IMG/VR virus record: IMGVR_UViG_3300037506_000443 | Location: 1 to 31,741 of that record | Strand: one strand, 5' to 3' | From: a virus | Lineage: Duplodnaviria > Caudoviricetes | Length of the DNA: 31,741 nt | Shown: piece by piece, positions 9,149 through 18,706 of the stretch | Layout of the letters: every line of letters starts with the position of its first letter | Position numbering within the stretch: position 1 is the first letter of the stretch | Translations under genes and position numbers: made by a program | Notes under the pieces: generated by a model | What the model was told of the DNA's origin: nothing | Seen by the model: only the letters and a program-made list of their open reading frames with translations | Database searches by the model: none

Positions 9149-9589
9149 CTATGCTCGGTAAATGATCGTTTGATAACGGCTGCGATCCATGCTGGCCCCA
9201 CCGAATTCATCAGCGGTCATTTCGCCCAGGTCGCCCGCCCAGATTAGGTAGACCAGCGCTGCATTGTCCGCGAGGAATAGCTGGCGGTGCAGCAGGGCTT
9301 TGGCCCGCCGCTTGGCCGTCTCGATGTCCTCGTAGCCCGTATCTTCGTAGAACCATAGTTCACAGAATCGGGCTTCTGTCGGCAGCACTTCGGGGCCAAA
9401 CAGGGCCGCGCCGCGCCAGCGAATCACTGTCGTCGATTTGAGTCGCCCGTTGGCATCGCGAATATCCTCCATCTCGATCCACTCGCGATCCTGGAGCGTT
9501 TCCGCGTCATGTACACCGCCGGGCATGGCCGCCATGTAGGTTGCGTCCCCGGTCAACACGCCGCGTATCGTGGCCTGCAACGTCGCCAT
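9149..9589 (-). CDS. Tail completion/terminator protein
   Basis: 146 aa, N-terminus IRGVLTGDATY...GGVH. Lies between the HK97-gp10-like gene and the tail tube. Confidence 0.7.
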   Translation of the reverse strand: MATLQATIRGVLTGDATYMAAMPGGVHDAETLQDREWIEMEDIRDANGRLKSTTVIRWRGAALFGPEVLPTEARFCELWFYEDTGYEDIETAKRRAKALLHRQLFLADNAALVYLIWAGDLGEMTADEFGGASMDRSRYQTIIYRA

Positions 9590-9591
9590 TG

Positions 9592-9942
9592 CTACTTGAA
9601 AATCCCCTGCAACATCTTCATGATTTCGTCGTAGTGGGCTTCCAGTGCTGGCAGGATAACGGCGTATTTGCCGCTGTTTTTGAGTTCCAGCCAGATCCCA
9701 TACTCGACGCCGTGACTCAGGTACAGTGCTACTACGTCGCGGCTCAGGTCTTCTACAAGGGTGAATAGCGCTTGCCGGGCATTGCCTGTTTGATCTGTCC
9801 AGGGTGCGTTCGCTTTGGCGTAGGCTTCGATGACCGCCGCCATGTATTCCAGTACGGCTCGCACGGCCTGCTGCACCCGCCGCTCGTACTCTCGCATCCG
9901 GGCGATCACTTCGCGTTGCCCTGTCCAGCGGATCGGCATCAC
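9592..9942 (-). CDS. HK97 gp10-like neck protein
   Basis: 116 aa with AKANAPWTDQTGNARQAL and HGVEYGIWLE motifs. Confidence 0.85.
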   Translation of the reverse strand: MMPIRWTGQREVIARMREYERRVQQAVRAVLEYMAAVIEAYAKANAPWTDQTGNARQALFTLVEDLSRDVVALYLSHGVEYGIWLELKNSGKYAVILPALEAHYDEIMKMLQGIFK

Positions 9943-10289
9943 TTCGCCCCCTGGATGCTCTCCGCGTAAGCTTCGCGGCGGCTGGGGATGTTGTCGTCGA
10001 TGTAGATGATGCGATACCAGGTCGAACCGATCACGAAGCGATCCCCACGCTCCACGTCGAAATCGGACTTTCCTGGATAGCTCCGATATCCGATCAGCAC
10101 GATCCTGATCTGACCACTCACGCTGGCGGCCCCTGCTATTTCAAGGGGAAGCGCCTGCGATGGATTGGTGACGATGACCGTCTGCGCTGGGAGTGTCGTG
10201 GAACCGCCCCGAATGAGCGTTACGTTCTGGCCGCGACGCGCCATGATCCCCGCAATATCGAACATGATGCCTGTCGTGAAGTTAGGCAT
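9939..10289 (-). CDS. Head-closure/stopper protein
   Basis: Start moved from 10388 to ATG 10289 (MPNFTTG), which overlaps the adaptor stop. FDVERGDRFVIGSTWYRI is typical of head-tail joining proteins. Confidence 0.7.
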   Translation of the reverse strand: MPNFTTGIMFDIAGIMARRGQNVTLIRGGSTTLPAQTVIVTNPSQALPLEIAGAASVSGQIRIVLIGYRSYPGKSDFDVERGDRFVIGSTWYRIIYIDDNIPSRREAYAESIQGAK

Positions 10290-10671
10290 TGTTCGTCTCG
10301 CTCCCATCGTCGGGCATTTGCGGCGCTGGTCGCACGACGCGCAGGTTGCCCAGAACAACCGACTTCGCATGGCCTTGCACTCGCTCAAGCGCGCCCTTGT
10401 ACATAGCCCACAGCTTCATCAGGTGGTCATACTGCTGGCTTAGCTTCTCGCTCGTGTTGCCTGTTGAGTAATCCACCTTGTCGGCGAACGACGCCAATGC
10501 TTGCCGCACCATCAGGGCCAGCGTTGCGTCGTGCTGGGTGACTTCATCCCGCGCCGCTTGAACCCGGCCCCAGAGCGTGATGATCTCAGGGTCAGTGAAC
10601 GCTTGGGCTATCGTGCCCAGATCGACTCGGATGTTGGCGATCTGCTCAAGTGTTGGCGCTGGTGTTCCCAT
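10282..10671 (-). CDS. Head-tail adaptor/connector protein
   Basis: 129 aa, helical. IRVDLG...FTDPEI...DYSTGNTSEKLSQQYDHL is typical of gp6/gp15-like adaptors. Confidence 0.75.
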   Translation of the reverse strand: MGTPAPTLEQIANIRVDLGTIAQAFTDPEIITLWGRVQAARDEVTQHDATLALMVRQALASFADKVDYSTGNTSEKLSQQYDHLMKLWAMYKGALERVQGHAKSVVLGNLRVVRPAPQMPDDGSETNNA

Positions 10672-10938
10672 CTACGCCTCCTGCTCAGTAGCGGGCCATC
10701 CGCGTATCACGTCGAATCCGGGGGCTTCCTCGCCGTCCCAAACCATGAACTTGATGCGATCCCGGTGCTCGCTCCAGAAAATGATCAGGTTTCGGCTCGC
10801 CCGCTGTACATCTTCCCAATACCGGTTGGACAAGCCTTTGCCTTTATCTCGCGTAAAAGCCTCTGCATAGCGGCTACGCGCATCGTCGTAAAGGGTAATT
10901 ATTTCCTTGAGGGTATTTATCAGTTCGATTGCGTCCAT
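10672..10938 (-). CDS. Hypothetical protein
   Basis: 88 aa. Overlaps the GT2 gene end and abuts the adaptor start. Confidence 0.6.
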   Translation of the reverse strand: MDAIELINTLKEIITLYDDARSRYAEAFTRDKGKGLSNRYWEDVQRASRNLIIFWSEHRDRIKFMVWDGEEAPGFDVIRGWPATEQEA

Positions 10939-11708
10939 TGGCGGTCTATCCTCGGTAAATCCTCACGGTCAAATCCCGGCCCGTAGGGTGTGCGGCGCTG
11001 CTCCGGCTCGATTCGCAGACTGTCGCCCCGATTGAAGGGCGTTTCAAACTCAAGTTTCAATCCCCACTTCCGATGCCAGTACGCTTGGTTGTGGACGAAC
11101 CAGAAGTCGTTCTCTGCGTTCAGTTGTGGATCGGATAGGATCGAGGCGCTGCCGTAGTGCTGGCAACCCGTCTGCTCGCATACCGCTTCAGGCAGCCCGG
11201 CCAGGCGCGCTCGCCGCAGGTGATCGCAATCCTCGTAGTACGCTGGATAGAAGTTCTCGTCGAGACAACCGACGGCTTCGAGCGCAATCGGGTTAATCGC
11301 GATGACGCAATAGCCCATCGAATCGCGCTCTGGGCGGCCATGATGCCAACCCGACGCCGATACAAAGGCGCAATCGCGTCGATCCATCGCACATTCAGCC
11401 AGCCGATCCACGTCGCCCGGCCCCCACTGAACGTCGTCATTGCAGTTGATCACGACATCCGCGCCATCTGCATAAGCCCTCAACATGGCGTCGTTCAAAG
11501 AGCGGGCCAGCCCGCGATTCCAGCCGTAAGGAAAGAAAACCGTTGGTCGGTGCAACCGGATCGTCTCGCAGGCTGTCACCGCCGACGGATGCTGGCTGTG
11601 CAGCGAGAGGTAGAAAACGACCTCGTGTTTGTCGCTGCGCGCACTGTCGGCCATTGCTACCAACTGCGGCCCCAGAACGAAGGCAAAGGTGCAGATCGCG
11701 ATTTTCAT
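10920..11708 (-). CDS. Glycosyltransferase, GT2/GT-A family
   Basis: 262 aa: NRGLARSLN, INCNDDV (DxD-like), VGCLDENFYPAYYEDCDHLRRARLAG. ATGA overlap with the GNAT stop. Confidence 0.9.
   Translation of the reverse strand: MKIAICTFAFVLGPQLVAMADSARSDKHEVVFYLSLHSQHPSAVTACETIRLHRPTVFFPYGWNRGLARSLNDAMLRAYADGADVVINCNDDVQWGPGDVDRLAECAMDRRDCAFVSASGWHHGRPERDSMGYCVIAINPIALEAVGCLDENFYPAYYEDCDHLRRARLAGLPEAVCEQTGCQHYGSASILSDPQLNAENDFWFVHNQAYWHRKWGLKLEFETPFNRGDSLRIEPEQRRTPYGPGFDREDLPRIDRQWTQSN
11047..11056 (+). repeat. Dispersed motif AACTCAAGTT, in GT2 gene
   Basis: AAACTCAAGTTT at 11046-11057. Confidence 0.65.
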
Positions 11709-12199
11709 AGGGTGCTGCGCTCCATGTAGCGGATGCCCTGGCGGATCGAAGTTGTGTGGAATCCACAGTCCTTGTAGAGCTGGATCGCCCGCAGGTTGTT
11801 GTCCAGCACCCGCAGATAGACGAAATCAAGCCCCACGTCGCGGAGCGCGAAATCGCATACCAAACTGCACGCCACCCGACCAACGCCGTTGCCTCGGAAG
11901 CGCGGATCGCCGATCATCATGCGCCCGAACTCACCACCCCTCTGCCGTGCATTGACGTTGTACAGGCTGACTTGGCCGCAGGGTACGCCGTTGGCGACGA
12001 TGATCCAGGCCCAATCCGTCCGTCGCTGCCGATACGCCTCGTACCAATCGTTGTGCTGGTCAGGGGTGATCGGTTTGGCGTCGAAGAACCAGATCCGCAC
12101 ATCGTCACGGTTGCGCCATGCCAGCGTTTGATCCAGATCCGCCCGCCGTAGAGGTCGCAAGATCACCTTGCCGTTGCCCAGAACAAACTCAGGTTTCAT
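11705..12199 (-). CDS. GNAT N-acetyltransferase (PseH/RimJ-like)
   Basis: Start moved to ATG 12199 (MKPEFVLG), in ATGA overlap with the GT-B stop. LRPLRRADL..LAWRN, acetyl-CoA motif RFRGNGVG, N..AIQLYKDCGF. Confidence 0.9.
   Translation of the reverse strand: MKPEFVLGNGKVILRPLRRADLDQTLAWRNRDDVRIWFFDAKPITPDQHNDWYEAYRQRRTDWAWIIVANGVPCGQVSLYNVNARQRGGEFGRMMIGDPRFRGNGVGRVACSLVCDFALRDVGLDFVYLRVLDNNLRAIQLYKDCGFHTTSIRQGIRYMERSTL
12186..12195 (+). repeat. Dispersed motif AACTCAGGTT, at start of GNAT gene
   Basis: AAACTCAGGTTT at 12185-12196. Confidence 0.6.
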
Positions 12200-13158
12200 G
12201 CGCCCTCCCTCAGCAACCCGGCGATCCGCTCGCCCAGGCATCGGTAGCTCCAGTTCGTCAGCAGGTACTCGCGCCCGGCCCTGGCTTTCGCGAGCGCTTG
12301 AGCGTAGTTGGCCGCAATCCATTCCATTGCAGCTTCCAGCGCCGTCGGGTCAGGTCGCGCCCACAGTGCCCCTTCAGCGTTCGCTTCATAGGGTCGGTAA
12401 ACGCAGGTCTGCATTTCGCGAACCATGAGCGGGAAACCCCACTGATCCACATCCCACATGCCGAGCCACTGCGTTGCAGCAGTGGGCAGCCCGGCCAGCG
12501 TTGCCTCGCGTGGCGGCATCCCCCAACCCTCCGCCCGGCTGGGGAACAGGAAGCAGTTCGCTTGTCGCAACAACCGATGCCAGTGACGTTCCGATACTTC
12601 GCCCGACACGACCCGGATGTTCGGCTCCTCGCAGCCGGTGAGCCATGAACGTTTCGGACGGCACTTGACGATTAATTGGAATCGCGGATCACGCTGGAAG
12701 ACTTTCACAAAGGCCATGACGACATCCTGCGCGCCCTTGCGCATGTCTCCCAGGCTATAGGTCAGGAACGTGAATCGCTTCGGCGATTCCCGATGGCGGG
12801 TGTAGGGGGGCAGCGAAAAGTCGACTCCATCCCCGACGAAATGGCACGGCACCTCAACGCCAGACTCGCGGTATATGTCGACGAGTTCCGGGCAGGGCAG
12901 CAGCACGCGCTCCACGCGCCGATTGATAATGCTGACCCAGGTAGCGGAGACGCGGGTGCTCTCGGACATGGTGTACAGCCAGATCCGGTAGCCTCGCACC
13001 TTCTCGCACCAGCGTGGGTTGCCCGTGACAAGCATCACCGATGCGGCGTTATCCACGTCGATGCCCGCGCTCACCAACCCCCGGTACAGGCCAGCTTCAG
13101 TCTTGCCGTAGCCTGTCCAGGGGTTGAGGCCATTCGTCGGGAAGAAGGCGATCTTCAT
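12196..13158 (-). CDS. Glycosyltransferase, GT-B fold (GT4-like)
   Basis: 320 aa: RKG motif and FLFPSRAEGWGMPPREATLAGLP (EX7E). Starts 4 nt after the capsid stop. Confidence 0.92.
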   Translation of the reverse strand: MKIAFFPTNGLNPWTGYGKTEAGLYRGLVSAGIDVDNAASVMLVTGNPRWCEKVRGYRIWLYTMSESTRVSATWVSIINRRVERVLLPCPELVDIYRESGVEVPCHFVGDGVDFSLPPYTRHRESPKRFTFLTYSLGDMRKGAQDVVMAFVKVFQRDPRFQLIVKCRPKRSWLTGCEEPNIRVVSGEVSERHWHRLLRQANCFLFPSRAEGWGMPPREATLAGLPTAATQWLGMWDVDQWGFPLMVREMQTCVYRPYEANAEGALWARPDPTALEAAMEWIAANYAQALAKARAGREYLLTNWSYRCLGERIAGLLREGA

Positions 13159-13162
13159 GCCG

Positions 13163-14302
13163 TTACTCGATGCTTGGGTTCACGTACTGGCTTGCGCCGC
13201 TGGCGATGTACATGGCGACGCCGTTCAGCCGATCATTGACGCCGACGCCGTAGCCCGCCTTGAACAGCACCTTGTCCAGTTCGGGCATCACGTCATTGGT
13301 GACTTGCGGCCTGGGCACGAGGCCAAAGCCCATTGTCGGGTGCTCTCGCAGCGCCAACGGGTTTCGTTGGTTGTTGCGTCCAAAGCTCTTGCCCATCCAG
13401 AAGTAGCCCGACGGAATGCGCGGATGCCAGCGCAGTTCCACAAATCCCTTGTCGCCGTTGAAGTAGCCGAAAAGCTCGCCAGGCATTCCTTCCAATTCAC
13501 CTGTGGTGACAAGGGTTGGCGCACTGGGGTTGCCTGCGACTACCGTGAAGGTAGGTGGAACGAACGTGGCAAACTTCTTAGAGGTGATCCCAGTGTAAGC
13601 CGATAGATCCGCCTCAGAAACAATGGCTGTCAAACGACCACCGAAGCCGTGATGCCTCAACTCGCCCTGAGCGTTGTCGAGCGCAGTCACGACATTGGCG
13701 GAATTCACCGCGCCATTGACGAACAGAAAGTGGGTGTGTGAACCATCGAACTGATACGAGCCGTTATTCGGCGGGATGAACGGCAAGTTCACCCCGGAGC
13801 CAATTGCCCAGGGGACATCCCATCCAGCGCCAACCAGGTTTTCGGTGTTCGTCAACATGCGGGTGATGACTGTTGCATCGACCTCGTTTGTCCAGGAGTC
13901 GCCGACCTCGCGCAGATCCGCGTCGATCTGGATCTGCCATGCATCACGCAAGTAAAGAGGTGTCCAGGCCACCCCGTCCTCGTAGTCGGAGAACGGCAGC
14001 ATGTGCCCGATGATGTCACCCCGCACCGGGTCAGCTTGCTTGCCTTCAACCTTTTTGGGCGTGCGGCGGCGTGGGCCACCCAGACCACGTCGGTAAATCG
14101 CGTGATCAAGCTGCGTCTCGTACAGCAGCCCGCCGTATTTGTCCATCAACGCTTGGTTGACGGCACCGATGATCGCCGCAGTTTCAGCGATGATCTGCTC
14201 GGCGGTCTTGCCCTCGCGCATCTGGAACGCCAGGATACGCGAAGCGTCCAAGCCACTTGGAATGGCGAGATCCACTGCCATTCTTGGGCCAACAATAGGC
14301 AT
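13163..14302 (-). CDS. Major capsid protein
   Basis: 379 aa after the protease-scaffold and decoration genes, with a purine-rich RBS. C-terminal GYGVGVNDRLNGV strand. Assigned mainly by position and size. Confidence 0.8.
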   Translation of the reverse strand: MPIVGPRMAVDLAIPSGLDASRILAFQMREGKTAEQIIAETAAIIGAVNQALMDKYGGLLYETQLDHAIYRRGLGGPRRRTPKKVEGKQADPVRGDIIGHMLPFSDYEDGVAWTPLYLRDAWQIQIDADLREVGDSWTNEVDATVITRMLTNTENLVGAGWDVPWAIGSGVNLPFIPPNNGSYQFDGSHTHFLFVNGAVNSANVVTALDNAQGELRHHGFGGRLTAIVSEADLSAYTGITSKKFATFVPPTFTVVAGNPSAPTLVTTGELEGMPGELFGYFNGDKGFVELRWHPRIPSGYFWMGKSFGRNNQRNPLALREHPTMGFGLVPRPQVTNDVMPELDKVLFKAGYGVGVNDRLNGVAMYIASGASQYVNPSIE

Positions 14303-14330
14303 ATCGTAAGTCCCCCTTTCCTCTGAAGTG

Positions 14331-14726
14331 TTAGCTGCTGCCGACGGTTGTGACGCCGGGCATCACGAACAGTTCGGTGTCGGATTCAGCGTAGCCTGCT
14401 GCCTGGGTACCGGTGGCGTCGTCAAACTTGCCCGCCGTCGCCGATAGCCAGATGACTTTGCCCGTCGGCAAGCTGGAAAATCCAGTAACCGGGCCAAACA
14501 CGACGACGGCCACACTCTCGCCAGCGGCCACGCTGCTCTGCTTCTGGTCGCCCGCGACAACAACGCCATAAAACTTGCTGCTGGCATTCGCCGTCTTGCG
14601 GACTTTTTTGTCTGTCCCCAGGGATACAGAATCGCCCAGGGCCAACGCCTCACCCGCCACACGCTGGCGCACCAGTGCGCCTGGCAGAAAGCGGATGTTT
14701 TTTGGAGTGGTCGTAACAACTGCCAT
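14331..14726 (-). CDS. Capsid decoration/cement protein (DUF2190-like)
   Basis: 131 aa: AGEALALGDSV, GVVVAG, GPVTGF. Directly upstream of the capsid gene. Confidence 0.75.
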   Translation of the reverse strand: MAVVTTTPKNIRFLPGALVRQRVAGEALALGDSVSLGTDKKVRKTANASSKFYGVVVAGDQKQSSVAAGESVAVVVFGPVTGFSSLPTGKVIWLSATAGKFDDATGTQAAGYAESDTELFVMPGVTTVGSS

Positions 14727-14791
14727 GTACTCGTTCCCTCACTTTGGGTTTGATTGCCCCTGATGTCAGCTTTGCTAGGTTTAGGTTGGCG

Positions 14792-15892
14792 TTACTTTAC
14801 GACGCCGCGCCGCTTCGCCTCTTCCTGGCCGTATTTGTCGTCGTACCTGTCCTTCCAATTCCCGTTCGCATTGCCGCCCGGCGCAAACGCATTCGGGCCA
14901 GCAGCTTCGCGGACGAGGGCCTGGGCCAAGTCTTTGACATACGGTTGCTCCAACAGTTCCGAGACTCGCTGGCGGGCCTCCACCTCGTTCTTTGGAGAGC
15001 CGAGGAGTTGAGCGATCACAGGCCGCAGCTTCTCCACCTTGACCATCTCCGTCACAATCGAATCAAGCTGGGAGCGCAGTTTCTCGACCTGGAGATTTTG
15101 GAGCTTGGTGATCATTTCCCTGATCACCTGGATGAAATCCGGGCCGCTCGCGTTGATCGTGATCCCGGCGCTGGTGAACACGTCGGCCTGCTCCGTGATC
15201 AGCGTGCGCAGCGCCGCCATTTGTGCAGCCGCCGGTTGGAGTTCGGCAACCTGCCGCTCCAGCTCACCAATTCGCGTCCGGGCGGTGTCGCGGTCACTGC
15301 GCAGTTCGGTGATCAGTTGTTCGTTGAATTCAGGTGGCACGGGGTTTGTATCCTCACTTTCCTGGTTAGTTGTTGTTTCTTTCGTGATGACCGGGGTGGC
15401 CGCCGTGTCGGGCACGCCGACGATCTGGCTGTTCGCCACCAAGTCGATGTAACTGATGGATAAGTCAACGACTCGCTCGCCGTCCATCACGGCGTCGCCG
15501 TAAAGCGAATTCCCCACTGCTGACCGAGTAGCCCTGGCGACACGCAGAAATTCGCGGGCATCTTCCGTGAGCGGCACCAGCTTGCCCCAGGCGATGCCCT
15601 TGTCGTCCAACGTCGCGGCCAGCCAGCGCACAACGGGCGCGCGCTCTGCGCGCTGCTCTTCGTCCGGGTGGCCCCAGTGACCGATGGGCCGCTTCTCGTT
15701 CACTTCGCTCACGATCCGCCTCACGGCCTTCTCGACATACGTGCGTCGATTCCGAGATCGGGCGTTGACCCGGCCAATGGGCAGTGTGACGAAGAATTCG
15801 CCAAGTTCGGCCTTGTCGATATCATCGGGCAGCGGAATATCTGGATAGCCGCCGCGCAGACGGTGAACAGTTTCAAGCAGCAGTTCAGGCAT
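14792..15892 (-). CDS. Prohead protease-scaffold fusion protein
   Basis: 366 aa. N-terminal SRNRRTY, GHWGHP, GNSLYG and IDLV resemble phage maturation proteases, followed by an acidic linker and a coiled-coil scaffold-like C-terminus. Confidence 0.75.
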   Translation of the reverse strand: MPELLLETVHRLRGGYPDIPLPDDIDKAELGEFFVTLPIGRVNARSRNRRTYVEKAVRRIVSEVNEKRPIGHWGHPDEEQRAERAPVVRWLAATLDDKGIAWGKLVPLTEDAREFLRVARATRSAVGNSLYGDAVMDGERVVDLSISYIDLVANSQIVGVPDTAATPVITKETTTNQESEDTNPVPPEFNEQLITELRSDRDTARTRIGELERQVAELQPAAAQMAALRTLITEQADVFTSAGITINASGPDFIQVIREMITKLQNLQVEKLRSQLDSIVTEMVKVEKLRPVIAQLLGSPKNEVEARQRVSELLEQPYVKDLAQALVREAAGPNAFAPGGNANGNWKDRYDDKYGQEEAKRRGVVK

Positions 15893-16997
15893 GGCTTACC
15901 TCACTGAAGATCCGGCGTGCTGTTGCTCCTGCGAGTAGAAGCATTAGGGCATCGCCGAGTAAATCCCGAACGAAATCATCCCCTGTCAGGGGAGTCAGGT
16001 AGGGGTCGAAGTTGGCTTGTGCAATTGCCGCGCGCAGTTGTTCCGTAACCCGTTCAGGTGTTGCGCTCGCTGCTGTCCTGGCTATACATAAGCAATGGGG
16101 GTGCGCAGGCGGCACTTGAGCACCATTCAGCGGGTAAGGCTCGCGTAATCGCTGGCCTGCCATACCAATCGTCGCGATTCGATCACACACGTCGAACTTG
16201 GGGTGACGAGCGCTCAACGCCCAATCCATCCCATCGACGTAAGGATTGGCACGGCCAGCAGCCAGGGTCGCTTGCGAGTGCGCGTGCGTGATCTCTGTTC
16301 GGGCCAAACGCATCGCATCTAGGCTGGCGTCCCGTCCGTAAGGGCGATTGGTACGGCGGCCAAGCCGATCTGGAAGCAGGAACTTTTCCAGATCTTTTGC
16401 CAACTGAAACGCCCCACGCCCCTGCCGAATGCCGTCGGTAAGCATTGCGTCGATCTTGGCCCGCGTGCGGAGACTCGCTTGCCAGATCCGATCACTGAGC
16501 CGGTAGCCGTTCGCATCCACCCAGGTGTGGGCGGATTCATATTGGGCCAGCGGATTCTCGGAGAAGATCCGCAGCGAACGTACCAGCCGCATGAACACCG
16601 GGTCGATCTCTCGCAAACGCCGTCGGTGCAGCCGCAACCATGCCTGGATATCTTCAGGCACATTCCGCCGCATCCAATTGCGCTGCGCATACACCACGTC
16701 TCGCGTGACGCGGGCGATCCAGGTGTTCAGAACCCGGGGATACGCGGCCAGCGCCGTCACGCCGTCCTCAGCGAACGGGCTACGCCCATCAACCCCCACG
16801 AAATAGCTGCTCACCGTGTCGCCAACCGCCGCCATCAGCCGACGTTCCGTGCTTTGCGGGATTCGACCATCCTGATCAGAAACGCGGGTCACCTGCCCGG
16901 CCAGGCGCGCAGACATGTCCGCGAACATCGCCTTGATGTCGCGTCGTATCCCCACCTGCGCCGCTACCAGCGCCCGCGCGCCGCCAATCGGTTTCAT
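15885..16997 (-). CDS. Head morphogenesis / minor head protein (Mu gpF / SPP1 gp7-like)
   Basis: 370 aa: LSDRIW, RLARTEITHAH, DVCD...PPAHPHCLC. Confidence 0.88.
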   Translation of the reverse strand: MKPIGGARALVAAQVGIRRDIKAMFADMSARLAGQVTRVSDQDGRIPQSTERRLMAAVGDTVSSYFVGVDGRSPFAEDGVTALAAYPRVLNTWIARVTRDVVYAQRNWMRRNVPEDIQAWLRLHRRRLREIDPVFMRLVRSLRIFSENPLAQYESAHTWVDANGYRLSDRIWQASLRTRAKIDAMLTDGIRQGRGAFQLAKDLEKFLLPDRLGRRTNRPYGRDASLDAMRLARTEITHAHSQATLAAGRANPYVDGMDWALSARHPKFDVCDRIATIGMAGQRLREPYPLNGAQVPPAHPHCLCIARTAASATPERVTEQLRAAIAQANFDPYLTPLTGDDFVRDLLGDALMLLLAGATARRIFSEVSHA

Positions 16998-17284
16998 GCC
17001 GCCAGTGCCGCCTTTGGAGATATGAGAAGCAGCGCAGCCGTCACGATATCGAGCCGTTGCCGGGTGTTCGTCAGCTTCTTAGCCAGTGCCGTGTTCTCGG
17101 CTCGCAGCGCCTCGATGACCATTCGGCTGTCGCGCTGCATCATCACTGGTCGGGCCGCTTTCTTTGGCGTCGGAAACTTTGGTTCGGCTCGCTGCATTGC
17201 ACGCCGGGCACGTTTGGCCTCTTTGCGAGCCTTCGCCTTTGCCTTACGGCGCTCGTGACGGTTGAGGTGAGCAGTTAGCTTCAT
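16994..17284 (-). CDS. Small basic hypothetical protein
   Basis: 96 aa with a K/R-rich N-terminus (NRHERRKAKAK). GGAG RBS and ATGA overlap with the downstream gene. Confidence 0.65.
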   Translation of the reverse strand: MKLTAHLNRHERRKAKAKARKEAKRARRAMQRAEPKFPTPKKAARPVMMQRDSRMVIEALRAENTALAKKLTNTRQRLDIVTAALLLISPKAALAA

Positions 17285-17293
17285 TCCATCTCC

Positions 17294-18706
17294 TTATGCC
17301 GCTTGGGGCAGTTCTTCATCTGGCGGCGGGTTGCGCACCAGGTCATCCAGGGCACGGTCAAACTCGCTCTCAGAATCGGCAGCCTCAGCTTCTGCGGCCT
17401 TGACCTCCGCCTCTGGGTCGTCCACAAGATTCAACAGACGCAGCGCCGTGACTTTGCGAATGAGCTTTCGCTCCTCGGCGAATTTGATCTCTTCGAGCTT
17501 CTGCGTCCGATCTTCGACGGCGATGCTTGGGAAGTTGAGGGTGATCTGGGCAGCCACATTCAGCCCTGGCTCGACCAATGCTCTTGTCGCCACCCACACC
17601 CGGATCAGTTGGAGAAGCGGCGCGGTGTAGGCCAGTCGCAGGCCGTCGATCAGACGCTCGAAGGCGGGCATCTGCGCATCGACACTCGCCTTGCTGCTGG
17701 CTATCGCCCCGCCCCACACCCACTCTGGGATTCCGGTGGTTTGCAGCATCAGCAGGAACAGGATTTCGAGCATTTGCGTGGCGTCGCCGGTGAATTGATT
17801 CGGCGCGGCCAGGTTCAAGTGCCCGCCCTTGCCAAGCACCAGAACGGGGAGCTGCGTAAAGTCCACTTGATAGCGCGTGACCTGGTTGCCCTTTGAGTCG
17901 CTGACGGTTTCTTGCCCTGTGGAGATGTTCGCCAGCGTTTCGTCTGGATCTTCCACGCCTTCGATAACCGGGAACGGATTGCCCATCGCATCCACCCCGT
18001 CGAGCGTCTTATTCGCTGTCCGGTCATAGCGCAGCATCAGCTTGAGGAGCTGCTCGTAATAGGGCCGTCCATGCACCTCGTTCGCGGCCTGGTCGCAGGT
18101 AAAATGGATCACCGGCAGCATCCCAATCAGGTTGGTAAATTTCTGCGTGGTTGTTTTGCCGCCCGCTTCAATCTCCAGTTCGCGGCCATCCAGCTTGTAG
18201 GTGTCGCGGATGGTCATCGCATCCAGCTTCGTCGTGATCCGATAGCCGATCACATTACGTGATCCAGCAGGTTCGGCTAGGATCTCCACCTGCTCCGGCG
18301 AAACCCGCGTCAGGGATGCATCGATGTTGACCACGAAGTAGGAGTCGCCCAGGCTTAGGCTGTCGTCGATGACATCGATGATCGGCTTCAGGTTGTCGGT
18401 GGCAAACTGTTGCGCTGCCTCTTCAGTAGTCTCACTGTCGGCCACCTCAACGCCGAACCCTCGACCAAACGCCCAACTGGTGAGGGTGCGAGCAATCGGG
18501 CGTGAGAACAGCCCGCCGATCTCATAATCCGTCTTTTTGCCGCGACGAAGTTGATCCCAGAACGCATAATCGGCGCGCGTCCAATCGACAGACGGCGCGA
18601 CCATGATGCGCGGGATGCCAACAGCACGTCGCCCAATAATTTCGCGGACAGGCCCGTACTTGCCTGCAATCGCGATATCGCTGCTCACCCCGTTACCGTC
18701 GGCCAT
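17294..18706 (-). CDS. Portal protein
   Basis: Follows terL. Likely start ATG 18706 (MADGNG), about 470 aa. SLSLGDSYF, PVIHF...GRP, TGIPEWVWG, acidic tail. Confidence 0.88.
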   Translation of the reverse strand: MADGNGVSSDIAIAGKYGPVREIIGRRAVGIPRIMVAPSVDWTRADYAFWDQLRRGKKTDYEIGGLFSRPIARTLTSWAFGRGFGVEVADSETTEEAAQQFATDNLKPIIDVIDDSLSLGDSYFVVNIDASLTRVSPEQVEILAEPAGSRNVIGYRITTKLDAMTIRDTYKLDGRELEIEAGGKTTTQKFTNLIGMLPVIHFTCDQAANEVHGRPYYEQLLKLMLRYDRTANKTLDGVDAMGNPFPVIEGVEDPDETLANISTGQETVSDSKGNQVTRYQVDFTQLPVLVLGKGGHLNLAAPNQFTGDATQMLEILFLLMLQTTGIPEWVWGGAIASSKASVDAQMPAFERLIDGLRLAYTAPLLQLIRVWVATRALVEPGLNVAAQITLNFPSIAVEDRTQKLEEIKFAEERKLIRKVTALRLLNLVDDPEAEVKAAEAEAADSESEFDRALDDLVRNPPPDEELPQAA

